Positions 18,896-29,230 of a stretch of 64,000 bases of DNA are shown here, one piece after another. The DNA comes from Dehalococcoidia bacterium (lineage in GTDB: Bacteria; Chloroflexota; Dehalococcoidia; Plut-88900): the NCBI GenBank assembly GCA_965207225.1, contig CBDBLV010000002.1:128001-192000 (forward strand), written 5' to 3'. The position numbers were made by a program, and so were the translations under genes. The notes under the pieces were generated by a model. It worked only from the letters and a program-made list of their open reading frames with translations. It had not been told where the DNA came from and searched no databases. The first letter of the stretch is position 1. Every line of letters starts with the position of its first letter.

Positions 18896-20326
18896 ATGTC
18901 GAAGCTGATGGTCCTTGCCGCCTTAGTGTCGCTGTTAGCAATCCTGGCTTGCTCAGACGACGGCCAAACTCCGGCCCCGCAGCCTACGGCCGAGCCAACG
19001 GCCACCCGTGCGCCGGAGGCCACCGCCACTCCGACACCGACAGCCACTCCTCAGCCTACGGCGACGGCGACACCCCAAACGGACAGCTCGGAGGCCAGCC
19101 GGAGTCTTGCCCCGCTGGATTTGGAAGACCCACAGGCGTTCCTGTCGGCTCTATCTGCACAGGAGCAGTCCTGCCTTGCTGACGGCAATCTCGGCATCGC
19201 CCAGATCATGACGGCAATGACTTCGACCGATGGAGCCGCGGAGGGGGACGCCATCCTAGACTGTCTGGAGGATGAGACAGTATTGCGCATGTTCCTGAGC
19301 GAGCCGCTGACGGCAACCGGCGAACTGAGTGATGAGACCTCCGCGTGCATTCGCGAAGGTCTCGGCGGGATGGACCTGCACCCGATGATGAAATCGCCCG
19401 GGGCGGCTGCCGGGGCGATGGATGCCCGGATAGTCGGGATGGCAGGCTTCCTGACGTTCACCGCCTGTCTGAACGATGAGGAGTGGGAAGCGGCATCCTC
19501 CGCACTGGAGTTAGGGCCTCGTGACAAATCCGGTACGGATTGCCTGCTGGCCGAACTCGGCGGACCGACAGGGGTCGCGGAAGCCCTGCTCCGCTTGGAC
19601 CAATCCGGCTTGCCGAGGGACTTCATCGGCGCGGCGGCCAAGTGTGGCGTGGGTTTTGCGGGAATGTCGGAGAACGTGCCTGACGACTCCGGCTCCGGTG
19701 GTATAGGCGGCGACACTTCCACGGAGGGTATGGGGCTGCCGCCGGACACGCTGCACCCCGTAGCTGTTGACGACCCACAAGCCTTCCTGTCTGGACTGTC
19801 GCCCAGGGAGCAGTCCTGCCTCGGCGACAAGGGCATCGGTCCCCAGGAACTCTTGCAGATGACGGGGCACTCTCCAGGCGGCTCGCCGGAGGCCGCTGTG
19901 GACATCGTCAACTGTTTGCAAGACGATACGGTACTGAGGCTGTTCCTGACCACGCTCGTCGGACAGGTTGACCCGTTCAGTCAAGAGACTTCATCGTGCA
20001 TACGGGAAGGATTCGTACCGATTGACCTGCGCGGTCTGTTGGCTCCGGCCGTTGGCGGGTTTACCCCCGAAAACTCCCTGGCGCTGGGGATGACGGCACT
20101 GAACGTCTCAGTGGTCTGCATGAACGACGATGAATGGGAGACCTACGCTCCCAGATTGGGGTTGCCGCCCGATTTCAGGGAGGGCGCTGCCTGCCTGTTC
20201 GAGGAGATGGGTGGACCGGAGAAGCTGGCGAAAGCCATGCAAGAAGCCAGCTTGGGCGAACCATCGGAAGCGTTCCTAAGGGCGGCGGAGACCTGCGGGC
20301 TGGAGGGTATGCCTCCGTCCCGATAA
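18896..20326 (+). CDS. Lipoprotein with two Cys-rich helical repeats
   Basis: Lipobox ILAC, Pro/Thr linker, duplicated DPQAFLS.LS..EQSCL...ETS.CIREG...C.ND.EWE units. Confidence 0.85.
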   Translation: MSKLMVLAALVSLLAILACSDDGQTPAPQPTAEPTATRAPEATATPTPTATPQPTATATPQTDSSEASRSLAPLDLEDPQAFLSALSAQEQSCLADGNLGIAQIMTAMTSTDGAAEGDAILDCLEDETVLRMFLSEPLTATGELSDETSACIREGLGGMDLHPMMKSPGAAAGAMDARIVGMAGFLTFTACLNDEEWEAASSALELGPRDKSGTDCLLAELGGPTGVAEALLRLDQSGLPRDFIGAAAKCGVGFAGMSENVPDDSGSGGIGGDTSTEGMGLPPDTLHPVAVDDPQAFLSGLSPREQSCLGDKGIGPQELLQMTGHSPGGSPEAAVDIVNCLQDDTVLRLFLTTLVGQVDPFSQETSSCIREGFVPIDLRGLLAPAVGGFTPENSLALGMTALNVSVVCMNDDEWETYAPRLGLPPDFREGAACLFEEMGGPEKLAKAMQEASLGEPSEAFLRAAETCGLEGMPPSR

Positions 20327-20388
20327 ATTATTCCGCGCTTCATACCACAAGATGATCGTACGCTACAAATAGATGAAGGGTCACAAAG

Positions 20389-21102
20389 ATTCCCAGGGAC
20401 GGGGTTGTTATCAGAACGCTGCTCGTACATTGGCGATATGTCGGAGTTGCAGCCGGCATCGCGCTGGGCCTGGTCCTGGTGGCGTTTCTCACTTTTCCGG
20501 ACCGCAATGCGCTGGTTGCCAAGGGTCCCATGAACACGGGCCACGAGGGATTGGGCTGCCAGGAATGCCACTCAGCCGTGGCGGGCACCGCCGCGCAACA
20601 ACTGAGCTCCAACGTCTACCACTGGCTGGGCCTGCGGGAGTCCACCATAGGCTTTGGCTCCGAGGATGTCGGTAACGCGGCCTGTCTGGACTGCCACGAG
20701 AGGCCGGATGACCGACACCCCGTATCCCGCTTTGTGGAACCGCGCTTCTCCGATGCGCGGGAGCACATTGCGGCCCACACGTGCGTCACCTGCCACACCG
20801 AGCACCAGGGAGTGCGGGTGACGCAGCCCACCATCGGTTTCTGCACCCACTGCCACCAGGACACCTCGTTGGAAGACGACCCCATCACCCCCACGCATGT
20901 AGAGCTGGTGCGCAGGGGGTCGTGGAACACCTGCCTCCAGTGCCACGACTTCCACGGCAACCACGTCAGGGACACGCCGCTGCGCCTTGAAGAAGGGGTG
21001 CCGGAGGCGCTCATCCTGGAATACTTCCTGGGAGGGCCATCGCCCTACGGCGACGAGAAGCGCGTCGAGCCGTCCTCGACCGGGGAAGGCGGCGACCCAT
21101 GA
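20389..21102 (+). CDS. Pentaheme c-type cytochrome (start uncertain)
   Basis: Five CxxCH motifs (CQECH, CLDCH, CVTCH, CTHCH, CLQCH); the in-frame TM anchor lies upstream of the first canonical start at 20479. Confidence 0.85.
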   Translation: MPRDGVVIRTLLVHWRYVGVAAGIALGLVLVAFLTFPDRNALVAKGPMNTGHEGLGCQECHSAVAGTAAQQLSSNVYHWLGLRESTIGFGSEDVGNAACLDCHERPDDRHPVSRFVEPRFSDAREHIAAHTCVTCHTEHQGVRVTQPTIGFCTHCHQDTSLEDDPITPTHVELVRRGSWNTCLQCHDFHGNHVRDTPLRLEEGVPEALILEYFLGGPSPYGDEKRVEPSSTGEGGDP

Positions 21103-21920
21103 AGTTCGTCGCCGTGGTCGTGGCGGTAGCCATCGTGCTCGTGGCGCTCATCGTCGCGAATGCGCCGCCGCCGGACGACGCACTCACCGATGGCGGCCCG
21201 CCCGTGCCCATTGAAGCTGTTTTCGCAGTGCTGGAAGCCGAGAACGACGCGGTGCGCCAGGTGTGGGCCAGGGACATTGTGGGAGCGGGCCAAGCGCAGG
21301 GGATTCGATTTGACGAGGACTGGCATGACGAGAGGCTGGACGCCGGGCCGCTTCCGGCGCTCTTCCTGCGGGAGACTGCCGAGGGTCTCCGGCGTAGTCC
21401 GGTTCCCCTGTATCTATTCCTCGGCTCGGACTTCCCGATCAATGACGCCAACAAGTTCACCGGCTTGCAGACAGAGCACTTTCAAGTCATCAGGCGCACC
21501 GGCGAGCCGCAGTTCTTCTTGGACCCGGATATCGGCTTTCAGACCGCCATGTTCTCGGACATCGCCTCGGCGGAGGCGTGCGTGGTCTGCCACAACAGCG
21601 ACCCGAACTCGCCCAAGACCGACTGGCAGGTGGGCGACGTCATGGGTGCGACCACCTGGTCATACCCGGAGGACGAGATAAGCATGGCCGAGGCCATGGA
21701 ACTGATAGGAGCTCTGCGCCGGAGCGTCCGTGAAGCCTATGTGCATTACCTGGATAAGGTTGCCATCTTTGCCGACCCTCCCCCCGTGGGAGACCTGTGG
21801 CCCGCAGACGGCTATTTCCTGCCATCGGCCGATGTCTTCATGGCGGAGGTGGAGGAGAGGACATCGGCCCAGACCCTTCGCTTGCTGCTGGAGGCGCAAG
21901 ACATGGGGGAGGCGCGATGA
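21099..21920 (+). CDS. DUF3365/Tll0287-like monoheme c protein
   Basis: Signal anchor, GPLPALFLRE, LGSDFPIN and CVVCH..GDVMGA; ATGA overlaps on both sides. Confidence 0.75.
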   Translation: MKFVAVVVAVAIVLVALIVANAPPPDDALTDGGPPVPIEAVFAVLEAENDAVRQVWARDIVGAGQAQGIRFDEDWHDERLDAGPLPALFLRETAEGLRRSPVPLYLFLGSDFPINDANKFTGLQTEHFQVIRRTGEPQFFLDPDIGFQTAMFSDIASAEACVVCHNSDPNSPKTDWQVGDVMGATTWSYPEDEISMAEAMELIGALRRSVREAYVHYLDKVAIFADPPPVGDLWPADGYFLPSADVFMAEVEERTSAQTLRLLLEAQDMGEAR

Positions 21921-22486
21921 CAACGGGCCAATCCGTAGGTGAATCTCCAGTGGAAGCTGCCGACAGCAACGGGAGCCGGGGAAGGCCCGTTCGTGCTGGC
22001 CGCCCATTCGCGTTGCCGGTAGCGGCGTGGCGGTGGCGGATGGTGGGTGTCCTCGGCGTGCTCCTCTACGTGGGCCAGGATGTCGCTGGGCTGCGGTGGG
22101 AGTGGCTCGCCCAGGCCCAAGACCTGGACGGGTACAAGTATGTCACCGGCGCCGGACTGCTTTCGTATGTGGGATGGCAGTGGTGGCTCTTCTACTCCCG
22201 TCTCAAGCGGCGGAATCTGCGGAGGCTGCTGCCGTGGCATCAGCGGACCGGCGCACTGGTGCCACTGCTGTTCTACGTGCACAGCGTGGAGGTGGGCTAC
22301 GGCTACCTGGCGGCGCTCAGCTGGGTGTTTCTGGGCAACATGCTTGTTGGTGCGGCGAGTCCCCTGGGCATCAGGATCAACAACCGCTACTACACCGTCT
22401 CGTGGGGAGTTGCCCACGTCTCACTGGCCGCCGTCACGGTTGTCCTGGGTCTCTTCCATGCTTACATCGCCGTGTACTACAAGTAG
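21917..22486 (+). CDS. Membrane protein with intramembrane His residues
   Basis: Four to five TM helices with WHQ, VHS, AHV and FHA; third gene of the cytochrome operon. Confidence 0.75.
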   Translation: MTTGQSVGESPVEAADSNGSRGRPVRAGRPFALPVAAWRWRMVGVLGVLLYVGQDVAGLRWEWLAQAQDLDGYKYVTGAGLLSYVGWQWWLFYSRLKRRNLRRLLPWHQRTGALVPLLFYVHSVEVGYGYLAALSWVFLGNMLVGAASPLGIRINNRYYTVSWGVAHVSLAAVTVVLGLFHAYIAVYYK

Positions 22487-22585
22487 CGATGGCAATTGGG
22501 TGTCACACTACAGGGATCGCAAGTCCTTGGTGCGCCGACAGGCTGCCAAGCGACATCTCGAATATGGCGGTATCTACCGTAAGCG

Positions 22586-22792
22586 GTGGTGGAGCTGGAC
22601 GCGCTGGAGACCTGCCGCGCCAGCGAGCAGGGTGAAGACGCCACCCCGTCACCGCCGCCCACGATAGACATCACGGCGGCCAGCGGAGCCACCGAGGGCG
22701 GGGACGCCGTCTTCACGCTGTACGGCCAACCCGGCGCCAGATGCGGCGCTGGACGTGAGCGTTGCGGTCTCGGCCTCGGGCGACTCCGCTAC
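22586..22792 (+). pseudogene. Frameshifted fragment of a Calx-beta-like adhesin repeat
   Basis: PTIDITAASGATEGGDAVFTL, then after a frameshift TANPAPDAALDVSVAVSASGD. Confidence 0.55.
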
Positions 22793-22902
22793 GGACTCTG
22801 GAATTGCGTGTAGCACCACGCCCTGCTGCCGAGGTCAGTTGGCTTCAAGTTCGGCCGCCCATGTGTACCTGATTTTTTTGTCGTTATTGGATAACCGATA
22901 TC

Positions 22903-24123
22903 CTCGCCCAGGAGGTCACCCGGGGGATGCGCGAGGCAGCGTCCAGGGGCTTCTGGGTCACCAGCAGGGTGCCCTACGGCTACCGCAAGCTGATGGTGCA
23001 GGACGGGGCCAAGAAGCGGCCCAGGCTGGACCCCGACGAGGACACGGCCCCAGCCGTCAGTCGCATCTTCGACATGGCCGAGGCCCGCAAGGGCATGCTG
23101 GACATCGCCAAGACCCTGAACGACGAGGGATTCGCCAGCCCCGCTGGAAGGCGCTGGTCGAAGACCGTGATCCACAACATGCTCAGAAACGAGGTCTACA
23201 CGGGCACGCTACTCTGGGGCGTCAGCGGCAAGGGCAAGGCCGAGCCGGTCCGGGTGGAGAACGCATTCCCGGGCATCATCTCCAAGGCCCAGTTCCGCCG
23301 CGTGAGCAGGCTCATGCGCTCCCGAGCACCGAAGAAGACGCACCCCCGCCGCGTGGGAAGCACCTACATGCTCAGCGGCCTCGTCAAGTGCAAAGCCTGC
23401 AACCGGGCATTCAGCGGACAGGAGGCCAAGAGCGGCCGGTTCTCCTACTACGTCTGCCAGTCGATCATGAAGCACGGCGCCGGGGCCTGCGACTCCCCCA
23501 GGATCAACGCCAGGCGCTTCGAGGAGATGGTCATTGGCAACATACGCTCCAACATCCTCACGGACAGCAACATCCGAGCCCTGGTGAAGGTCGTGGACGA
23601 GCGGATGGACGGGGTGGCCGCCGAGCAGCGCCAGCGGCTAGAGACTATCGAGGATGAGCTTGAGGACGTGAAGCGGAAGCTGGGTCGCATATGGCACTAC
23701 ATCGAGTCGACCGATACCGTCGAGATGGCGGACGCCTCGGACCGCATCCGGGAGCACAGGGACCGGCAGGCGCGCCTGGAGGCCGCCGCCTCCGAGGCCA
23801 GGGTGGTTCTCTCCGAGCGCAGGGAGTCCCTCGACGACGTGGAAACCATTGCAGCCTACGCCCAGGACATGAGCGAGTTCCTCAAAGAGAGCGAGCTCAC
23901 CGAGCGCAGGTCCTTCATCGAGACCTTCGTCAGGGAGATCGTCATCATGCCCGGAAAGGCTGTCGTCCGGTACACTGTCCCCATGCCGGACGACAGCCGG
24001 ATTCCTGGCGTTAGCGCCGAGGATATGGCGCTGAACGGCTCAGTTCTGTCTACCGTCAAGTCCGGCCCACCAGACTTGATAAAATCAAGAACCTTCCGGT
24101 TGGCCCTGGTACTGGACTTGTAG
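22903..24123 (+). pseudogene. Large serine recombinase lacking its N-terminal catalytic domain
   Basis: Starts abruptly at LAQEVTRGMREAASRGF, collinear with the full-length paralog at 40771; zinc ribbon CKAC..YYVC..C retained; no YARVS. Confidence 0.9.
24055..24093 (+). other. att junction between islands A and B (left end of island B)
   Basis: GTCAAGTCCGGCCCACCA (24055-24072) matches 42325-42342 at 17/18; 24073-24093 is the inverted copy (20/21) of 42312-42332. Confidence 0.85.
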
Positions 24124-24381
24124 GGCAATCCTACGGGCGAACCGCCTTGGGGAAGGCACCTCGGCGACGGGCGCACCCAGAGCCCTCTACGCGTACTCGC
24201 TATTCTCTGTTCGCCTTCCTCCACCCGATAGCTGGTGCGAGGCTCGCTCAACAGGTGAGTGAGGTCCGCCTTTTCCTAGTCGGGGCAGAGAGTGCCGAAG
24301 AGGACCGGTACATCTTAGACGGCCACCACTCCACCGACCAGTCGCTTCACGGCAACTTGGCGACCCTTGCCTGCCCATGTC

Positions 24382-24427
24382 TTGACTTTTGTAGCAGACT
24401 GCATCACACTGTCGCACAATTGCTACA
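24382..24427 (+). promoter_or_regulatory. Promoter with an inverted-repeat operator
   Basis: TTGACT at 24382; TGTAGCA (24390) and TGCTACA (24421) are inverted. Confidence 0.45.
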
Positions 24428-24448
24428 TACTGCTGCGAGTGTCCTGAA

Positions 24449-24655
24449 TTGGCCAGAAAGCGACGAACGGTTTCCTATCCCGAAGGGGTTACTCCTGACC
24501 TCGAAGAGTTGCTGAACCGACTTCGCGAGTGCAGGGACGGCCCATACTGGAACAGAAGCCTCAGTGACATCGGGGGAATGGTCCTGCTGAAAGGAGCTCA
24601 GTCGGAGCTAGAAAAATACGGTAACCAGGATCAACAAGGGGGGGCGGAGTCATGA
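24449..24655 (+). CDS. Small protein, possible ribbon-helix-helix-like regulator
   Basis: Basic strand-like N-terminus RKRRTVSY then two helices; ATGA-coupled to the MTase. Confidence 0.55.
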   Translation: MARKRRTVSYPEGVTPDLEELLNRLRECRDGPYWNRSLSDIGGMVLLKGAQSELEKYGNQDQQGGAES

Positions 24656-27177
24656 CCCTGACTCATGACCAGGTGCTGGAACGTCTAAAGCACGAGTTCC
24701 ATGGTCTCGGTTATGTCGGCGGGCTCCTGCAAGAAGACTATGCATTCGCGGATGTCCTAGCCTCCCACTATGCGGTAAAACGCATCCCACTCGCAGCATT
24801 CGTTCAAGAACCTCCCTCCTACCGAACCGCCTCGTTTGGTGTGGCCGTAGCCAACGGACGGTCTGGGATCGACTCCATCCTTGACCATCGCTCCTTAGGC
24901 GCTCCGCAGATTCTTGAGGTCAACGACGACCGAGTGCTCAGGTGGAAGGTCACAGGAAAGGGTAGGCCTATACTCTTGGATGAAGTAGGTGTGGATAGGC
25001 TCCATGGCTTCTTTACCCAGCACCGTGATGATTGGTCACCCCAACAAGTTCTGCGGGCCAAGTCCGCAGGGCCTGTGGCTACGCAACTCGACTTCCTTGA
25101 CCTAGACTTAATGCCGCTTCTTGACTACGAGGTGCGCACCAAACTTGATGTGCTCTTACGCGACACTGTAGCTTTGGCACGTAGGACATTCCAGAGAAAC
25201 TTGCCGTTCACAGAAAAGCACTATCCTCCGCTGTTCCGTCTGATCTTCAGACTGATTGCCGCTAAAGTGCTAGCAGATCGTCGCTATCAAGGGGACTGGG
25301 ATTTGGCTGATCCCACATCTGCGATAGAGGCTGTGGAGAACTTGTACTTCAGGGACGCAGCTCTGGAACCCGTTCTTCAGGATTATGAAACGCAACTTGC
25401 CGTTTGGCAGCGTATTAAGGAGACCTTCCATTTTCAAAATCTTTCGGTCGATTCTCTTGCCTACGTCTATGAGAATACTCTGGTAACCCAAGAGACTAGA
25501 AAACTGTTTGGGATACATAGTACTCCACCAGAAATCGCCGAGTACATTGTCAGAAGACTTCCGTTCGACAGCTTGGAGACCCATGAGCGCCGTGTCTTTG
25601 AACCCTTCTCTGGTCACTCAGTGTTTCTGGTGGCCGCGATGCAACGAATGCGTGAACTTCTGCCCGGGGAGATGAACTCTCGCCAGCGGCATGATTACTT
25701 TGTTGACATGCTCTCTGGGATCGAGATAGATGACTTTGCCAGAGAAGTCGCCAAACTATCTCTCATGCTAGCCGACTATCCCAATCCCGACGGGTGGAGG
25801 CTGTATGGTGGAGATGCCCTGAGGTCTCCACTATTTGAGCAAGAATTGGCGAAGGCCAACATCGTCCTATGCAACCCACCGTTTGAGATGTTCAGCGAGG
25901 ATGAAAGAGGTCGTTACGACAATCTGTTCTCATTCCGGAAGCCAGCGGAAATCCTAAGTCGTGTGCTTCAGAATCCCCCCGAACTCTTAGGTTTCGTCCT
26001 CCCACGAGTATTCCTGAAGGGGCAGGGATACAGGAAGCTGCGGTCTCAGCTTGGGAATACTTACGCCTCTGTCGAGCTACTGGCCTTGCCAGAGCGTGTC
26101 TTCAAACGCTCGCGTGCCGAGACCGTGTTGTTGCTCTCCTATGGGCGCGGCCAGGGGACCGTGCGCCTAAAGGCAGGGGAGGTATATGAAGGAGACCACA
26201 AGGGCTTCTACTCTATTCAACCGTCGTACGAATTCGAAGAACACGTAGAAGACGCAGGGAAGGTCTTTGGCCATGGCATGTGGCGCCCGCCTCTTCACGA
26301 TGTCTGGCGGGCGACGGCCAACTTGAAGCGCTTGAGCGACATTTCCTCCGTTCATCGTGGCATCGAATATAACTTACCCTTCGGCGGAAACGAATCACAA
26401 CTAGTATCCAATAGGGACTCACCCGGTTTTGTACCGGGAGTCCACAGGGTAAGGGGCACGGTAGAGCCATTTGCCGTTCTCAATACCGTTTTCCTCAACG
26501 CTTCCGTTGACTTCATGCGTGGGTCCGCTTACACACTTCCTTGGGACAAACCGAAGCTCATTGTAAACGCTAGTCGTCAGTCCGTAGGACATTGGAAGAT
26601 TACGGCTTCATTGGACAATGGAGGCCTCGTCTGTTATCAGAACTTTCATGGGGTTTGGCCGAACGACGGCACTCCTTTGGAAGTCCTGGCTGCCGTGCTC
26701 AATGGCCCTGTTGCTAACGCATTTGTGAGCACCCATGGGACTGGTCGGCATGTTACAGTTCAGTCCTTGAAGGGCATCCCAGTCCCCGAGCTTGGCCATA
26801 CACAGCAGCAGCACATATCGTCACTAGTCAAGCAATACTTGAATGCCCGTAGCCTTTGGCTAACTGAAGGGGTCGGTGCAGAGGAAGCACGCCAGCTATG
26901 CACGTGGCTTCTGAAGTCGATAGACGCCGAAGTACTAAGGGCCTACGATCTATCACCTCGCATAGAGCGTATGCTGTTGGATTACTTCGCTGGGCATTCC
27001 CGCCTTGGACCTGTCGAGTTCACGGAGTACTATCCTCGAGGCTTCGGTCCATACATTCCGTGGCACATTTACATTTCAGAGGAATTCAAGGAGGCCCAAG
27101 CCAAGAATACTCTAGACCGACTTCCTGTCATTCCAGCATCGACTATTATCAATGAAGCCCTTTCCTATGTGGAATAG
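24652..27177 (+). CDS. Large N6-adenine DNA methyltransferase with a C-terminal TRD-like region
   Basis: GIHSTPPEIA, variant motif I EPFSGHSVFL, GIEID, NPPF and AVLNGPVANAF. Confidence 0.85.
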   Translation: MTLTHDQVLERLKHEFHGLGYVGGLLQEDYAFADVLASHYAVKRIPLAAFVQEPPSYRTASFGVAVANGRSGIDSILDHRSLGAPQILEVNDDRVLRWKVTGKGRPILLDEVGVDRLHGFFTQHRDDWSPQQVLRAKSAGPVATQLDFLDLDLMPLLDYEVRTKLDVLLRDTVALARRTFQRNLPFTEKHYPPLFRLIFRLIAAKVLADRRYQGDWDLADPTSAIEAVENLYFRDAALEPVLQDYETQLAVWQRIKETFHFQNLSVDSLAYVYENTLVTQETRKLFGIHSTPPEIAEYIVRRLPFDSLETHERRVFEPFSGHSVFLVAAMQRMRELLPGEMNSRQRHDYFVDMLSGIEIDDFAREVAKLSLMLADYPNPDGWRLYGGDALRSPLFEQELAKANIVLCNPPFEMFSEDERGRYDNLFSFRKPAEILSRVLQNPPELLGFVLPRVFLKGQGYRKLRSQLGNTYASVELLALPERVFKRSRAETVLLLSYGRGQGTVRLKAGEVYEGDHKGFYSIQPSYEFEEHVEDAGKVFGHGMWRPPLHDVWRATANLKRLSDISSVHRGIEYNLPFGGNESQLVSNRDSPGFVPGVHRVRGTVEPFAVLNTVFLNASVDFMRGSAYTLPWDKPKLIVNASRQSVGHWKITASLDNGGLVCYQNFHGVWPNDGTPLEVLAAVLNGPVANAFVSTHGTGRHVTVQSLKGIPVPELGHTQQQHISSLVKQYLNARSLWLTEGVGAEEARQLCTWLLKSIDAEVLRAYDLSPRIERMLLDYFAGHSRLGPVEFTEYYPRGFGPYIPWHIYISEEFKEAQAKNTLDRLPVIPASTIINEALSYVE

Positions 27178-27190
27178 AAGTTGATGACTC

Positions 27191-27700
27191 ATGACAACGG
27201 AAGGCTATCTCTTAGATACAAACATCGCCAGTTGGGCCTGCCACGAGGGTAGTAAACTTCATGCCAGAGTAAGGGCAAGGGTGGATGGCCTCGGAGATGA
27301 TGTAGCGTTCATTTCAGCAGTTTCCTTAGCTGAAGTTGAATATGGTCTCAATCTTGTCCCCTCAGGCGTTCAAGAGCCAGCTAACTTCAGGCGTGCAATG
27401 GATATGTATCAGGTTCTGCCCATTGACCGCCATACGGCAGAAATCTACGGCAGCATACGAGCAGACCTCTTTAGGGCATACGCACCTAGAGACCGCCGGA
27501 ACAGATTCGCCTCCCGTTACGTAGAGGATCTGCGCGAGCGCACTTCAGGTAAAGAACTTGGTATTCAAGAGAATGACCTGTGGATCGTGAGCGTTGCCGT
27601 CGAGTACAACTTGATTTTCGTTACCGGAGATCGTGGCGGTGGCATGAAGAAGATCGTTGAGGTAGCAGACTACGCTCATCGGACACAGTATTGGAGCTAG
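27191..27700 (+). CDS. PIN-domain (VapC-like) ribonuclease
   Basis: YLLDTN, SLAEVEYG, ENDLWI and FVTGD acidic tetrad. Confidence 0.9.
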   Translation: MTTEGYLLDTNIASWACHEGSKLHARVRARVDGLGDDVAFISAVSLAEVEYGLNLVPSGVQEPANFRRAMDMYQVLPIDRHTAEIYGSIRADLFRAYAPRDRRNRFASRYVEDLRERTSGKELGIQENDLWIVSVAVEYNLIFVTGDRGGGMKKIVEVADYAHRTQYWS

Positions 27701-29230
27701 GTTGTATGAGAGCATTACCTAACCAAGCAGGCTTAGGGTTTCCTAGCCATTCGAACACAGGTCGACAGGGTTCATAGAGTAAGATGCCACGCCAGACGGA
27801 GCCGAACGCTAACAACGCCCTCGGCGATTTGCTACGAGGCATGATGCCGGGCTGTGAGGTCCGCTCTGAGAACACCCAGACCTTCATCGACCATCCGGGC
27901 CGCCATGCCGATGTGCTAATCGTCGCGCCGGGCCGCTCCCCGGTAGTCGTCGAGGCGGAGTTTGAGCCGGCTGCCGAGGTGGAGAGAGACGCCTCCGAAC
28001 GCTTGGGGCTTCGCGTGCAAGGGCAACCCCGAACGGTCGAGGCAGCCATAGCGCTGCGCTACCCGAAGGCTGTGGAGGACGCCTATAACGTGCGCCAGGC
28101 CCTCTCCGAAGCCCGTCTCTCTTATTACGTCCTGCATCAAGACGGCGGTCGGTTTCCTGAATCTGGATGGCTAGAAGGTTCTGCAACCGACTTGGCTGAC
28201 CTTGCCCGTCTGGTGTCCGTCCCCCAAAGAGCCGTGGAGCAGGCGGCGGACACACTTGAGCAAGGCATTGGGCAGGCCGCCAGCCGTTTGGAGGAAATGG
28301 CCAAGCTACGGCCCAACGTCACCCCTGTTATTGCCCGGCTGTTGGGAATGAGCGATGTTCCCCAGACCCGCCGCATGGCTTGCGCCATCATCGCCAACGC
28401 TATGGTCTTCCACCAGCGCATCGCGGGGATGCACCAAGAGGTGAAACCCCTGCGCCTGGTGTGCGGTCCCAATGTTGCGAACCCCCAAGGCGAGACGTTA
28501 GCGGCCTGGGACGAAATTCTGGAGATCAACTACTGGCCCATCTTTGCCATAGCCAAGGACATCTTGGAGCAGCTTCCCGGAGACGTTGCCACTAGCGCCA
28601 TGCGGGAGTTGCTGGAGACCGCCCAGGAAGTTGAAGCCACTGGCGTCGACAACGCCCACGACCTGACCGGGCGCATCTTCCAACGGCTGATCGCCGACCG
28701 GAAGTATCTGGCTACCTTCTACACCCTTCCAGCCTCGGCCGCGCTGTTGGCCCGGCTGGCTGTGGCAAAGATTGATGGGGTGGACTGGGCCGACGCCGAG
28801 GCCATCGGCAGACTCCGCATCGGGGATTTCGCCTGCGGTACCGGTGCCTTGCTGTCGGCGGTGTACGAGCAGGTTGCTTCCCACCACGAGCGAGCCGGGG
28901 GTGATTCCACGGCCCTGCATCCCGTGATGATCGAGGAAGTCCTGTACGGCTGCGACGTCATGCCCTCGGCCATTCACATCACCGGCTCCACCCTGTCCGG
29001 TATGCGGCCCAACGTGGGATTCAATCAGTCCCGTCTCTACACCATGCCCTATGGAAAGCAGAAGGACAGCACTGTGAAGATAGGTTCCCTGGAGTTGCTC
29101 CAAGCCTCCACGGCCTTGACCTTGTTCAATACCAGCGACCCAGCTCTGCGCACCGGCAGCGTGGGCGAGGAGACTGCTGCCCAGATTAACGTTGACATCC
29201 CGGATGCGAACTTTGATCTGGTGATAATGA

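Noticed and set aside
24055-24072. tRNA gene at the att cores (also 42325-42342)
   Set aside because: Only a tRNA-like 3' word is present; no cloverleaf can be formed.
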